Shown: positions 39,431 through 49,068 of the stretch, in pieces | Numbering within the stretch: position 1 is the stretch's first letter | How the letters are laid out: each line of letters begins with the position of its first letter | Source of the DNA: a virus | Taxonomy: Duplodnaviria > Caudoviricetes | Length of the DNA: 64,000 nucleotides | Reading direction: 5' to 3' (one strand) | IMG/VR virus record: IMGVR_UViG_3300021295_000001 | Notes under the pieces: model-generated | Databases searched by the model: none | What the model was told of the DNA's origin: nothing | The model's input: only the letters and a program-made list of their open reading frames with translations | Position numbers and translations under genes: made by a program

Positions 39431-40401
39431 TGGACTTGGTGATAGAGAACCATCTCATAGACGCGCCAATCGACAAGATTCTGACGGCCATAAAAAAGGA
39501 ATTGGTCAACGGCAAATTGTCGGCTTTCGAAAGGAAAGGCGACAACTACTCCGTCACCTGCCCCCACCATAAGGGAGGGATGGAATCGCATCCCTCCTGC
39601 CAGATATACTGTGGCGATTCCCCCGACGTGGAATACGGTCACATGTACTGCTTCACTTGCGGTGAGCAGGGGCCTCTGTACCATTTCGTCGGGCTGTGCT
39701 TCGACCAAGACGACGAATTCGGCAAGGAGTGGTTGCTGGACAGGTTCGGTTCCATCCTATCAGACAGGGAACTCAACCTAACCGAGATAGAATTGCCCAA
39801 GAGCAGAACGAAGGACTTGGTGGACGGCACTGTCCTCGAGGGGATGCAGAAATGGCATCCCTATCTGCAAAAGAGGCGCCTATCCCGCGACGTGTGCGAG
39901 AGATTCGGCGTGAGGTACGACCCCAAAAGCGAATGCATCGTGTTCCCAGTGTGGGACGAGGACGGGGACTTGGTCATGATGACCAGGAGAAGCGTCAACT
40001 CGAAGATGTTCCTGATAGACGCCGACAAGGAGAAGCCGATATACCTTTACAACGAGGCGATAAAGGCAAACAAAGCGCCGACGATGGTCGTGGAATCGCA
40101 GATAAACGCGTTGACGGCTTGGGGTTGGGGAATACCGACGGTGGCGCTGTTCGGCACTGGGACGTCACACCAATACGAACTGTTGAACAAAGGGCCTTTG
40201 CGTTCATACCTCCTATGCCTGGACGGTGATGACGCTGGCAGGAAGGGAATCAGGAGGTTTCTGAAGAACATAAGGAAGGACGTGTTCGTCGACGTGGTGG
40301 TGATGCCCGACGGCAAAGACGTCAACGACATGACGTACGACGAATTCTCCTCGTTGGAGGTCATCGACGCCGACGAATGGATTAGGAGGTTCGGGAAATG
40401 A
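39430..40401 (+). CDS. DNA primase (Zn finger + TOPRIM)
   Basis: CPHH..CFTC; VVES; LDGDDAG; KDVND. Confidence 0.9.
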   Translation: MDLVIENHLIDAPIDKILTAIKKELVNGKLSAFERKGDNYSVTCPHHKGGMESHPSCQIYCGDSPDVEYGHMYCFTCGEQGPLYHFVGLCFDQDDEFGKEWLLDRFGSILSDRELNLTEIELPKSRTKDLVDGTVLEGMQKWHPYLQKRRLSRDVCERFGVRYDPKSECIVFPVWDEDGDLVMMTRRSVNSKMFLIDADKEKPIYLYNEAIKANKAPTMVVESQINALTAWGWGIPTVALFGTGTSHQYELLNKGPLRSYLLCLDGDDAGRKGIRRFLKNIRKDVFVDVVVMPDGKDVNDMTYDEFSSLEVIDADEWIRRFGK

Positions 40402-40853
40402 ACAACAACAAATTCGAATACATACGCGGGATATCGGATTCGCGCCCTGGATTCGACCTTCCGACGAGGGCCACGAAAAGCAGTTGCGGTTACGATTTCC
40501 ACACGCCAGTGGAATTCACCGTGGAACCGCACTCGACCACGACCATAAGGATGGGAGTGAAGTGCAGGATTAACGAAGGCGAGTTCCTGTTCGTGGCGCC
40601 ACGCAGTAGCATGGGGTTCCACGGAAGGCACATCGTGCTGACCAACACGGTCGGGCTGATAGACCCCGATTACTACAGCAACCCGAACAACGACGGCGAG
40701 ATATGCGCCAGGTTCGCAAACTTGGGCGACGAACCGATAACGTTCAAGAAAAACGATAGGGTTATGCAGGGGGTTTTCCTGAAATTCGACACGACGTCGG
40801 ACGATTGCGCGACAAACGAACGCGTCGGCGGACTGGGCTCCACTGGCGATTAA
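40398..40853 (+). CDS. dut: dUTPase
   Basis: GYDF, PRSS, GLIDPDYY, RVMQG, RVGGLGSTG. Confidence 0.95.
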   Translation: MNNNKFEYIRGISDSRPGFDLPTRATKSSCGYDFHTPVEFTVEPHSTTTIRMGVKCRINEGEFLFVAPRSSMGFHGRHIVLTNTVGLIDPDYYSNPNNDGEICARFANLGDEPITFKKNDRVMQGVFLKFDTTSDDCATNERVGGLGSTGD

Positions 40854-40904
40854 ACTAACACGGTATAATAAGGACGGCAACAAAACCGAAAGGAAACAAA
40901 AAAC

Positions 40905-41774
40905 ATGGCTGAATACTCTTACTCGACTTACTTGGCTCAAAACAAGTTCGGAGCCAAAAAACAAAACCGCGACAGGAAGGTCGGATACTTCTACCTGTCG
41001 GACTACGACGATTCCGCTATCGTCAGATTCAACTACTCGTCACCAGAGGAGTTCAATATGATTGATGTCCATAAGTTCAAAGGCGAATATGGATATAGGA
41101 ACGTGGCGTGCTTGCGCACACCGAAGGAACCCCTCGACAAATGCCCGTTCTGCAAGCACGGGGAACAGCGCAATTCCAAGTTCTTCGTCAAACTCATTGA
41201 GTACGTGAAGGACGAACAAGGTAACATCGTCGCGACGCCCAAGATTTGGGAGAGGCCGTCGGTATTTGCGGACACCATCGCCTCATATCTTCGCGATTAC
41301 GGAGACCTAAGGGACGTCGTGTTCAAAATCGTCCGTTTAAGTTATAAGGGAGAAAAGAGGGTCAATTACGACATCAGGTTCATGAATCCCAAGATGTATG
41401 GGGAGGAGAACGGGTTCGTTAAGGACTTCTCTGGATTCGATGGCTTGGAACTCAACCACCATTCCTACATGGAACGTTCGTACGACGAGATGGAATACTT
41501 CCTCGAACACGGCGAGTTCCCCAAACTTACCAAAGAGGAATTGGAGGCCAAGAACAGCCAAAAGCAAAGCGGTTTCGTCGGGAAATCCGTGTCCAGCGCA
41601 TACGACTCTGGCAGTTTCGACGACGTGTTGCACGAGCAGGAGGCAATCGTGGCCCAAGTGGAGAAGCGCGAGCCCACAGCGAGCGGTTACGCGAGCCAAC
41701 CGTCTGGCGGATACGCGGGCGCCACTGACCCGACCGTGTCCAGGCCCAGAAGGACATACGACTACAGCAAATAG
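40905..41774 (+). CDS. Single-stranded DNA-binding protein (gp32-like)
   Basis: AIVRF..H..C..CPFC..IWER..DVVFKIVR. Confidence 0.7.
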   Translation: MAEYSYSTYLAQNKFGAKKQNRDRKVGYFYLSDYDDSAIVRFNYSSPEEFNMIDVHKFKGEYGYRNVACLRTPKEPLDKCPFCKHGEQRNSKFFVKLIEYVKDEQGNIVATPKIWERPSVFADTIASYLRDYGDLRDVVFKIVRLSYKGEKRVNYDIRFMNPKMYGEENGFVKDFSGFDGLELNHHSYMERSYDEMEYFLEHGEFPKLTKEELEAKNSQKQSGFVGKSVSSAYDSGSFDDVLHEQEAIVAQVEKREPTASGYASQPSGGYAGATDPTVSRPRRTYDYSK

Positions 41775-41778
41775 AATC

Positions 41779-41814
41779 AAGACGCCATGGGTTAGATGCC
41801 TTGGCGTCTTTTTT
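41779..41814 (+). terminator. Rho-independent terminator
   Basis: AAGACGCCA..TGGCGTCTT-TTTT. Confidence 0.7.
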
Positions 41815-41840
41815 CATCCGTGGTATAATAACCGAGAAAC

Positions 41841-44285
41841 ATGAAGACGATAGATAATCTATGGGGAGAGGAGTTCGTTCTCCCTACCAGCGACACCGAG
41901 AAACTTCTGGAGAAGATTAAATCCCCCAAGAAGGTGAAGACGTCGAACAAGGTATCCAAAAAACTGTCCATCGAGGACAAGATGGCCGTGATAGCCTCAA
42001 ACGTCAAGCGCATACTAGGCAAGCACGAATCAGACACGGTCGTAATCAGGGACGTCGAATCGTTGCACGAATACATATCCAAAGCGATAGAAAACGGAAT
42101 TATAGCGTACGACACCGAGACGAACAACTCGTTGGACACGACGACGTGCTTGATAATGGGCGCGTGCCTTTACACGCCTGGTCAGAAACAGGCTTACGTT
42201 CCCGTGAACCACGTCGATTACAAAACGGAGGAACGCCTGGCGGACCAGGTGAACGAGGAGGAGTTGGGCAGGGAACTGTCCCGTCTTTGCGACGGCGTCA
42301 AGATAATATACCACAACGCTAGTTTCGACATTCGCGTCACGAAGAACACGTGCGGTGTGGAGTTGCCTTATTACTGGGATACGATGATTGCCTCGCAAAT
42401 CCTCGACGAAAACGAGAGGGCGAGCCTTAAGGAACAGTACATGTTGCACGTCGACAAAGGCCACGGGAAATACGACATCGAGGGCCTTTTCGAGAAGGAA
42501 CGCTACGCGATATTCGACCCGTCCCTGTTCGCGTTGTACGCAGCCACGGACGCGATGATGACCTATAGGCTTTACGAATATCAGTTGGCCGAGTTCACGA
42601 AGAGCGGTAACGAGGGAATCTTCGGGCTTTACACGGAAGTGGAGTTGCCAGTCCTGAAATCCTTCATGCTCATGGAGGAGCGTGGCATCGAGATTGACTT
42701 GGAATACGACAAACGCCTCAGCGAGAAATACCACAGGCTTTTGGACGAGTTCGACCTGCCAATCAACGAGGAGTTGGACAGGATAAAGCCAGCGATTGAC
42801 GAATGGAGGAAATCGGAAGACGCCAACGTGATGGTCGGCAACAAGACGAAGTCCGAGCAATTGACGGAACCGATAAACCTGACGTCCAATACGCAATTGG
42901 CCATATTGGTTTACGACGTGCTCAAGATTCCTCCAGTCAACAAGAAGAAGCCCAGGAGCATGGACAAGGAAACGATTCCGATGATTTTGGAGAAGCACGA
43001 CGTGCCGCTGCTCAGGCTCCTGTTGGAGCGCAAGACGTTCGCCACGTTGGTGAACAACTTCATCGACAAGATTCCCGAGTTCGTGAGCCCGAGGGACGGA
43101 AGGGTCCACTGCTCGTTCAACCAAGTCGGAACGGCGACTGGCCGTGTTGCGTGCTCCAACCCCAACCTCCAGCAGATACCCTCCAAGAACCACGAGATAC
43201 GACTGATGTTCCAAGCGAAGGAAGGCTACGTCCTTTGTGGCGCCGACTTCAGTCAGCAGGAACCGAGGCTTTTGGCCAACTACTGCAAGGACGAATCGTT
43301 GATTTACGCCTATGCGAACAACCGAGATTTGTACGCCACAATCGCGTCCAAGGTATACGGGAACGAATACGAGGACAACCTTGAGTTCGACCCCAGGACG
43401 GGCAAGAGAAACGACGACGGGGCCAATAGGAGGAGCAGTTGCAAAAGCCTGCTGTTGGGCATCAACTACGGGATGTCCGTCGCTGGGATAGCCGACAAGA
43501 TTAAATGCTCCAAGGAGGAGGCGCAGAAGTTCCTCAACGACTTCTACAAGCAATTCCCGAAAGTCAAATCGTGGTCGGACGAGACCATAGAAACCGCGAA
43601 GAAGACGGGGTACGTGGAGGATTGGCACGGCCGTCGCAGGCGCTTGCCAGACCTCACCCTGCCAAGATACACAATCAAATACGTTGGCGATTCAAACGCC
43701 CTGTTCAACCCGTTCATCGGTTGCGAGGACAGGGACGTGGACCCAGCCGACGAAGCCCGAATCCTCGGCCTCCTCTCGAAGGCCCGCGGGATTAAGGAAG
43801 TTAACGGGATAATAGCGTCCGAGCGCGACAAAGGCATCCAGGTCATCGACAACGAGGGTTTCATAGCGAGGGCCTCTAGGCAATGCGTGAACGCCAGGAT
43901 TCAGGGTGGCGCAGCCACGATGACGAAGGTGGCGATGATTAACATCGACGCTGACAGGGAACTGAACGAACTCGGGTTCAAGATGCTGATAGGCGTCCAC
44001 GACGAATTGATTGGCGAGTGCCCAGAGGAAAACGCGGAGAAGGTCGCCGACAGGCTGTCCTACATAATGAGGACGTGCATGGGGAGCAAATCGGTGGTGC
44101 CATTCAAGTGCGACGCGGACGTGTCGAAGAAGTGGTATTACAACGTCTATTGCTCCGAGTTGCAGAAGAACATGAAGAACCTGCAGAGCAAAGGCATGTC
44201 ATACGAGGAGGCGTTGGCCGAAATCGAGGCGAAGCACACGGAGTCCACGCACGACTTCATAGTCGGGTGCCTGAAACAGGGTTAA
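41841..44285 (+). CDS. Family A DNA polymerase with 3'-5' exonuclease
   Basis: YDTET, HNASFD, YAATD; TATGR, NLQQIP, ADFSQQEPR, KSLLLGINYG, NARIQG, VHDE. Confidence 0.95.
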   Translation: MKTIDNLWGEEFVLPTSDTEKLLEKIKSPKKVKTSNKVSKKLSIEDKMAVIASNVKRILGKHESDTVVIRDVESLHEYISKAIENGIIAYDTETNNSLDTTTCLIMGACLYTPGQKQAYVPVNHVDYKTEERLADQVNEEELGRELSRLCDGVKIIYHNASFDIRVTKNTCGVELPYYWDTMIASQILDENERASLKEQYMLHVDKGHGKYDIEGLFEKERYAIFDPSLFALYAATDAMMTYRLYEYQLAEFTKSGNEGIFGLYTEVELPVLKSFMLMEERGIEIDLEYDKRLSEKYHRLLDEFDLPINEELDRIKPAIDEWRKSEDANVMVGNKTKSEQLTEPINLTSNTQLAILVYDVLKIPPVNKKKPRSMDKETIPMILEKHDVPLLRLLLERKTFATLVNNFIDKIPEFVSPRDGRVHCSFNQVGTATGRVACSNPNLQQIPSKNHEIRLMFQAKEGYVLCGADFSQQEPRLLANYCKDESLIYAYANNRDLYATIASKVYGNEYEDNLEFDPRTGKRNDDGANRRSSCKSLLLGINYGMSVAGIADKIKCSKEEAQKFLNDFYKQFPKVKSWSDETIETAKKTGYVEDWHGRRRRLPDLTLPRYTIKYVGDSNALFNPFIGCEDRDVDPADEARILGLLSKARGIKEVNGIIASERDKGIQVIDNEGFIARASRQCVNARIQGGAATMTKVAMINIDADRELNELGFKMLIGVHDELIGECPEENAEKVADRLSYIMRTCMGSKSVVPFKCDADVSKKWYYNVYCSELQKNMKNLQSKGMSYEEALAEIEAKHTESTHDFIVGCLKQG

Positions 44286-44343
44286 AATCGAGGTTAACCA
44301 TCCGCGCGCGGTATAATAACCGAGACTGAAACGGAGAAATAAA

Positions 44344-45474
44344 ATGATTACGAAGACCGAAAGATTCAAAGAGGCTTGCAAGAAGATTCTCAGCGCCGTC
44401 GACACAGACGCGTCGCTGAAGGGCGTCATCTACGGATACGACACGTTGGAGATAGACGCGCACGGAGGCGAGGCCAGGATGAACGTCACCAACGGCGAGT
44501 ATTACGTAAGCGTCCTGTTCGACCAAGTGGAAGGCGAGGAGTTCAGGGCCGTGGTCGACGCCAAGAAATTCCTGATGCTGATAAGCAAGGTCACGACCGA
44601 GGAGATTGGCCTCGACGTCGTCGGCAACGCCTTGTCCGTCACGGCGAACGGGTCCTACAAATTCCCGATGAAGATTGCCGATTCGGAATTGGTGAGATTG
44701 CCAAGGCTCGACTTGGGCGAAGAAGCCGTGTCGTTCTCCATCTCCACCGACAAACTGGTGAGCATGCTCAACTTCAACGGCAAGGAGTTCGCCAACGGAA
44801 CCATGTCGAGACCGCTCCAGAAGTTCTATTACCTTGACGGTGAGGGATGCATCACGTGGACGAATTCGAGCGCATGCGTCAACTCGTTCCCGCTTTCCAA
44901 GCAGGTCAGCATGTTGCTTAACCAAAAGGCCGTCAAATTGTTCAAACTTTTCAACAGCGACGACGTTACCGTGACGCTTGGGCACGCGGACGTCAACGGA
45001 GGGCCCCAAACCAGGATTAGGCTGGATTCGCCCGACGTCACCGTTTATTCGATAGTGACTAGCGACGAGGCCCTGATTGATTCCGTGCCCGTGAAATCCA
45101 TTCGCGGTACGGCCAACGCGACATACCCGTATTCGGCCACCATCAGGGCCAGCGAGATGTTGGAGGCGATAGACAGGATTCTCCTGTTCTCCGATTCGTC
45201 TTCCGCATCGAAGGGCGTGTGCGTGTTCGAATTCGGGACCGAGGGATTCAGGATTTACGATTCGCGCAAGCAGAACGTCGAGAAGGTGAAATACCACGAC
45301 ACGGTCCTACCAGAATCCGTGAACGGGTTTTCCATGAACCTAAGCGTATACGGCATAAAGCACATATTGGAGAACAGCGACGAGCAGTTCGTCAAACTCA
45401 ACTTCGGCGACGAGCGCGTCGTCGTCCTCGCCAACGGTTGCGTCAGGAACGTGATATCCAAGAGGACCATCTGA
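44344..45474 (+). CDS. DNA polymerase III beta-clamp-like protein
   Basis: 376 aa with a three-domain beta-clamp pattern (TNGEYYV, LEAIDRI); clamp-loader genes nearby. Confidence 0.7.
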   Translation: MITKTERFKEACKKILSAVDTDASLKGVIYGYDTLEIDAHGGEARMNVTNGEYYVSVLFDQVEGEEFRAVVDAKKFLMLISKVTTEEIGLDVVGNALSVTANGSYKFPMKIADSELVRLPRLDLGEEAVSFSISTDKLVSMLNFNGKEFANGTMSRPLQKFYYLDGEGCITWTNSSACVNSFPLSKQVSMLLNQKAVKLFKLFNSDDVTVTLGHADVNGGPQTRIRLDSPDVTVYSIVTSDEALIDSVPVKSIRGTANATYPYSATIRASEMLEAIDRILLFSDSSSASKGVCVFEFGTEGFRIYDSRKQNVEKVKYHDTVLPESVNGFSMNLSVYGIKHILENSDEQFVKLNFGDERVVVLANGCVRNVISKRTI

Positions 45475-45959
45475 TGCCCAACAACAAAGGCAAGAAATTC
45501 GAGGAACTGTTCGAATCCGATTGGAACATGACGTTCCCGTTCCCAAAAGGCAGGGCCATGAGGCTGAGGGACAACATGAACGGATTCAGGTTCACGTCGC
45601 GAAACGTATGCGACTTCGTGTGCTTCGCCGACGGGGTCCCCTTCCTAATCGAGGCCAAAAGCCATTTGGGGAACACGTTCCCGTTCAGCGAACTCAGGCA
45701 ATACGACGACCTCTTGTCCTTCAAGGGGTTGAAGGGCGTTCACCCTGGCGTTGTCCTATGGATGCGCGACCACGACAAGGTCCTTTACTTCCCCATAGAG
45801 ACGTTGGAGAGGATGAAGGCGGATGGCCATAAGTCGATAAACGTAAACAAACTCGAAGGGTACGATTACTTGGAACTGCCTTCGTTCAAGAAGAGGGTGT
45901 ACCTGACCACAGACTACACGAACGTGCTCAAACACGCGAAAGGAGAACTCCATGGCTAA
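45474..45959 (+). CDS. recU: Holliday junction resolvase, RecU-like
   Basis: NKGKKFE, CDF, IEAKS. Confidence 0.75.
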   Translation: MPNNKGKKFEELFESDWNMTFPFPKGRAMRLRDNMNGFRFTSRNVCDFVCFADGVPFLIEAKSHLGNTFPFSELRQYDDLLSFKGLKGVHPGVVLWMRDHDKVLYFPIETLERMKADGHKSINVNKLEGYDYLELPSFKKRVYLTTDYTNVLKHAKGELHG

Positions 45960-46557
45960 GACGCAGGACAACGTCACGTTCCTTGACGACGTCGATATGG
46001 ACAAAGTGAAGGAAAACGTCGGCAAAACCGATGAGAATTCGAAATACTTCAACGAGATGTGCAACGACGTCGTCCACGCGTATTGCGAGGCGTTGGACAA
46101 CCTCATGCTTGACATACACGTGGATTGCGTGCAGGAGAAGTTCCCAGCGATGAGCACCCTCCAATCGTATTACATGGAACTCATGAACATGATATACTTC
46201 ATGACGGACAAATTGGAGGCGGTCGGGGTCAAGGCCGATATGGCGCTGAGCGCGCAAAAGGAGGTGTACTCCAAGAGTTGCATCGCCTCCAGCGCCGAGA
46301 AGGACGAGAAGGGCAAGAGCAAGTCAACCGTCGCCGAGACGCAGGCGTTCGCCTCCATGGCGTCGCAATACGAATCGGTCGTCGCGTCAGTGTACGACCA
46401 CGCCTACAAGATAGTGAAGGGCAAGGTCGAGGCAGCGCAGGACATGGGCAATTGCCTTAGGAGGATAATCGCGAGCAGGACGGAGGAGATGCGCCTGAGT
46501 TACGGGGCGCCGTCCTATGAGCAGGAAACGGATTCGAGACCGAACCGTTCCATGTGA
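45952..46557 (+). CDS. Helical protein, possible recombination mediator (UvsY-like, by position)
   Basis: All-alpha; directly upstream of the recA-like gene. Confidence 0.35.
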   Translation: MAKTQDNVTFLDDVDMDKVKENVGKTDENSKYFNEMCNDVVHAYCEALDNLMLDIHVDCVQEKFPAMSTLQSYYMELMNMIYFMTDKLEAVGVKADMALSAQKEVYSKSCIASSAEKDEKGKSKSTVAETQAFASMASQYESVVASVYDHAYKIVKGKVEAAQDMGNCLRRIIASRTEEMRLSYGAPSYEQETDSRPNRSM

Positions 46558-46588
46558 GACGAGTATAATATAAGAAAAGGAGAATCGC

Positions 46589-47761
46589 ATGAGCGACGAA
46601 TTGAGTTTAACGGACATCCTGAAGGGGATTCAGAAAAGGCAGACTAAGGGCGCCATCACGACTGGCGTAGAGGACCTGAGCGCATATGGCACCCTCAGCA
46701 TGGGCAGCCCTGGTTTGGACTTCTGCCTTTACAACTCGCTCCCCGAGAGGAAGATAATCGAACTGAGCGGGGCCGAGGGCTCTGGGAAGACCACGTTGGC
46801 CTACCTCATCTGCGCGTCGTTCCAAAAGAAGGAACCCAAGAAGCATCCAGAATCGCCGAGGAAAATCGTTTACGTGGACCTCGAATGTAGCGCGGACCCG
46901 TCATGGGCGATGAACACTGGGTACAACATGAACTCGGACGTCGTGCAGACGATTTGCTACAGGCCCGAGGACCAATCGGCGGAACAGGTCCTCACGGACG
47001 TGCTCAACCTCATCAAGACTGGCGAGGTCGGATTGGTGGTAATCGACTCGCTCAACATGCTAGTCGGCCAACAGACGCACGACGAGGGGTTGGACAAGAA
47101 GTCGATGGGCGGTATCGCGTACACGTTGGGAGATTTCGTCAAGCGCGTCACGAGCCTACTAATCAAATACGACTGCACCCTCGTTGGGATTCAGCAGTTG
47201 AGGGATGGGCTCAACCCATACGGCCCAGCGGAGGTAACGTCTGGCGGACGCGGTTGGAAGCACGGTTGCTCCGTGAGGCTCAAGGTCAAGAAGGGCAAGT
47301 TCTTCGATGAGGATGGCAACGAACTTTCCAACACCGCCGAATCGCCCGCTGGCTACATCATGGAGGTGGCCGTCCTCAAGACCAAGGTCTGCAAATGGGA
47401 CCGCAAACTGGGAAGGACGTGTGTGTCGTTCACCAAAGGCGTCGACATCCTTCAGGACACGCTCGACGTGGCCACGTACTTCGGCCTAATCGACAACCCC
47501 GTGCCTGGATACTTCCTGTTGAAGGACCCCGATACTGGGGAGGTCCTGACCGACAAAGAAGGCAAGGAAATAAAAATCAGGGGCAAAAAGAACCTCAAGC
47601 CGTATTTCACGGAGCACCTCGACGTGTGGCATAGGCTATACGACAAGGTGTATGAGAAACTGTCCGCCAAGGACGACCCCAACATCGTCCCCTTCGAGAA
47701 GATGTTGCAAGTCAACGTGGCCGAGACGTTCGGCGTCGATTTCGCGGAGGAGGAAAAATGA
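46589..47761 (+). CDS. recA: RecA/UvsX-like recombinase
   Basis: IELSGAEGSGKTT, YVDLE, VIDSL, QLR, TSGGRGWKH, KTKV. Confidence 0.9.
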   Translation: MSDELSLTDILKGIQKRQTKGAITTGVEDLSAYGTLSMGSPGLDFCLYNSLPERKIIELSGAEGSGKTTLAYLICASFQKKEPKKHPESPRKIVYVDLECSADPSWAMNTGYNMNSDVVQTICYRPEDQSAEQVLTDVLNLIKTGEVGLVVIDSLNMLVGQQTHDEGLDKKSMGGIAYTLGDFVKRVTSLLIKYDCTLVGIQQLRDGLNPYGPAEVTSGGRGWKHGCSVRLKVKKGKFFDEDGNELSNTAESPAGYIMEVAVLKTKVCKWDRKLGRTCVSFTKGVDILQDTLDVATYFGLIDNPVPGYFLLKDPDTGEVLTDKEGKEIKIRGKKNLKPYFTEHLDVWHRLYDKVYEKLSAKDDPNIVPFEKMLQVNVAETFGVDFAEEEK

Positions 47762-48078
47762 GTTACACGAACAAGATATTCTACAAACGTAGCGACTATA
47801 GGGATGAGGGGGAACTCCTCCATGCCATGTCCGAGCAGGTCAGCGCGTTGTTGCGCAACAACTACATGTGCTCGTCATTCAGAAGCATGGTCGACCCCAA
47901 CATCTACGTCTTGGAGTTCTCTACCGCCGACCTCACCATCTCCGACCTCATCCCCATGTGGATAACCACGGCCGAAGCCGTGTCCGTCATGGCGAGCAGG
48001 AGCATGACGGAGAAAGACGACGATGACAAAGTCGATTTCTCGCAATTGGTGAACAACGACGGGGGATTCAATGCCTAA
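47758..48078 (+). CDS. Hypothetical protein
   Basis: GGAGGAGG RBS; overlaps its neighbours. Confidence 0.6.
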   Translation: MSYTNKIFYKRSDYRDEGELLHAMSEQVSALLRNNYMCSSFRSMVDPNIYVLEFSTADLTISDLIPMWITTAEAVSVMASRSMTEKDDDDKVDFSQLVNNDGGFNA

Positions 48079-48433
48079 CACCAAAAACAAAGAGGCGACC
48101 AGGTATTACAGTTCCAGGCAGGAGGAGCACGTCGCGTCCATCGTCGGGGGAAAGAGAACGCCCAATTCTGGCGCTTCCAACTTCTCCGCTGGCGACGTGT
48201 TCGTGGACTCGGCCTCGATGCTGATAGAGTGCAAGACGCCGATGACCGAAAAGGAATCGTTCTCCATCAAGAAATCTTGGATTGACAAAAACAAGGAGGA
48301 GGCCTTCGCCATGAGGATGTCCAACACAGCGTTGGCGTTCGAGTTCGGCCCAGGTCAGAAGAACTACTTCGTGATAAGCGAGGAACTGTTCAGATACCTT
48401 TGCGAAAAACTTTCCGAGGAATATGCGGAATAG
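48071..48433 (+). CDS. PD-(D/E)XK Holliday-junction-resolvase-like nuclease
   Basis: QEEHVA..PNSGA..GDV..LIECK. Confidence 0.75.
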   Translation: MPNTKNKEATRYYSSRQEEHVASIVGGKRTPNSGASNFSAGDVFVDSASMLIECKTPMTEKESFSIKKSWIDKNKEEAFAMRMSNTALAFEFGPGQKNYFVISEELFRYLCEKLSEEYAE

Positions 48434-48436
48434 GTG

Positions 48437-48464
48437 TTGACACCCACCCCATATGGTGTATAAT
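48437..48464 (+). promoter_or_regulatory. sigma70-type promoter
   Basis: TTGACA-16 nt-TATAAT. Confidence 0.7.
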
Positions 48465-48488
48465 AATGTGGAAGCGAGGAACGAAATC

Positions 48489-48965
48489 ATGACATTGCAG
48501 GAAAAAGTCGAAAGAATCTGGGCCCTCAAGAAGACCCAAGACGAACTCACCGAGGAGAAGAAATCGGTTGAGGAGAAACTCAAGAACGCCACCCAGGAGT
48601 GCGAGGTGCTTCTGCACGAGGTGCTCGACGAGATGAAGGCGTCTGGCGCCGATGAGAGCGCGTTCCTCACCGACGACGGCCCTTTGTATGCCACCATGTT
48701 CAAGCGTACCAACGTCGGGTACACGGATGAGGGCTCGGTAATCGAATACCTTCAGAAGAACGGCTACGACAAGTTCGTCAAGGTCACCGTCGCAATCAAC
48801 AAGCGCGACCTCAACGCCGAACTCAAGAAGAACGCCGAACTCAAGGAGGCCCTCGACGGCTTCACCGAGAACAAGGTGTCCGAATACGTCGTCGTCACTT
48901 CCGACGAAACCCATGGTCGCATGGTGGAACACATCGTCGAAAGCACCAAGGCTAAGAAGGCCTAA
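48489..48965 (+). CDS. Coiled-coil protein, Gam/gp157-like
   Basis: N-terminal coiled coil; YLQKNGYDKFVK..INKRDL. Confidence 0.45.
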   Translation: MTLQEKVERIWALKKTQDELTEEKKSVEEKLKNATQECEVLLHEVLDEMKASGADESAFLTDDGPLYATMFKRTNVGYTDEGSVIEYLQKNGYDKFVKVTVAINKRDLNAELKKNAELKEALDGFTENKVSEYVVVTSDETHGRMVEHIVESTKAKKA

Positions 48966-48994
48966 GGCGTAATGTGGCCCACGAGGCCACGAAT

Positions 48995-49068
48995 CCTCCC
49001 GTAACTCAATTGGTCAGAGTGCTAAATTAGATGAATCAACCGTAGTTCGATTCGCCTTATTAGCACCA
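48995..49068 (+). pseudogene. tRNA-derived remnant / hairpin containing the late promoter motif
   Basis: Acceptor-5' plus D-arm CCTCCCG-TA-ACTC-AATTGGTCA-GAGT; 3' GTTCGATTC..TAGCACCA; no anticodon arm; TGCTAAATT at 49020-49028. Confidence 0.55.

Noticed and set aside
42030-43628. Long minus-strand ORFs (also 44257-45297, 59166-60170, 30569-31507, 8471-9400 and others)
   Set aside because: Antisense shadows of strongly codon-biased + strand genes; no motifs or RBS.
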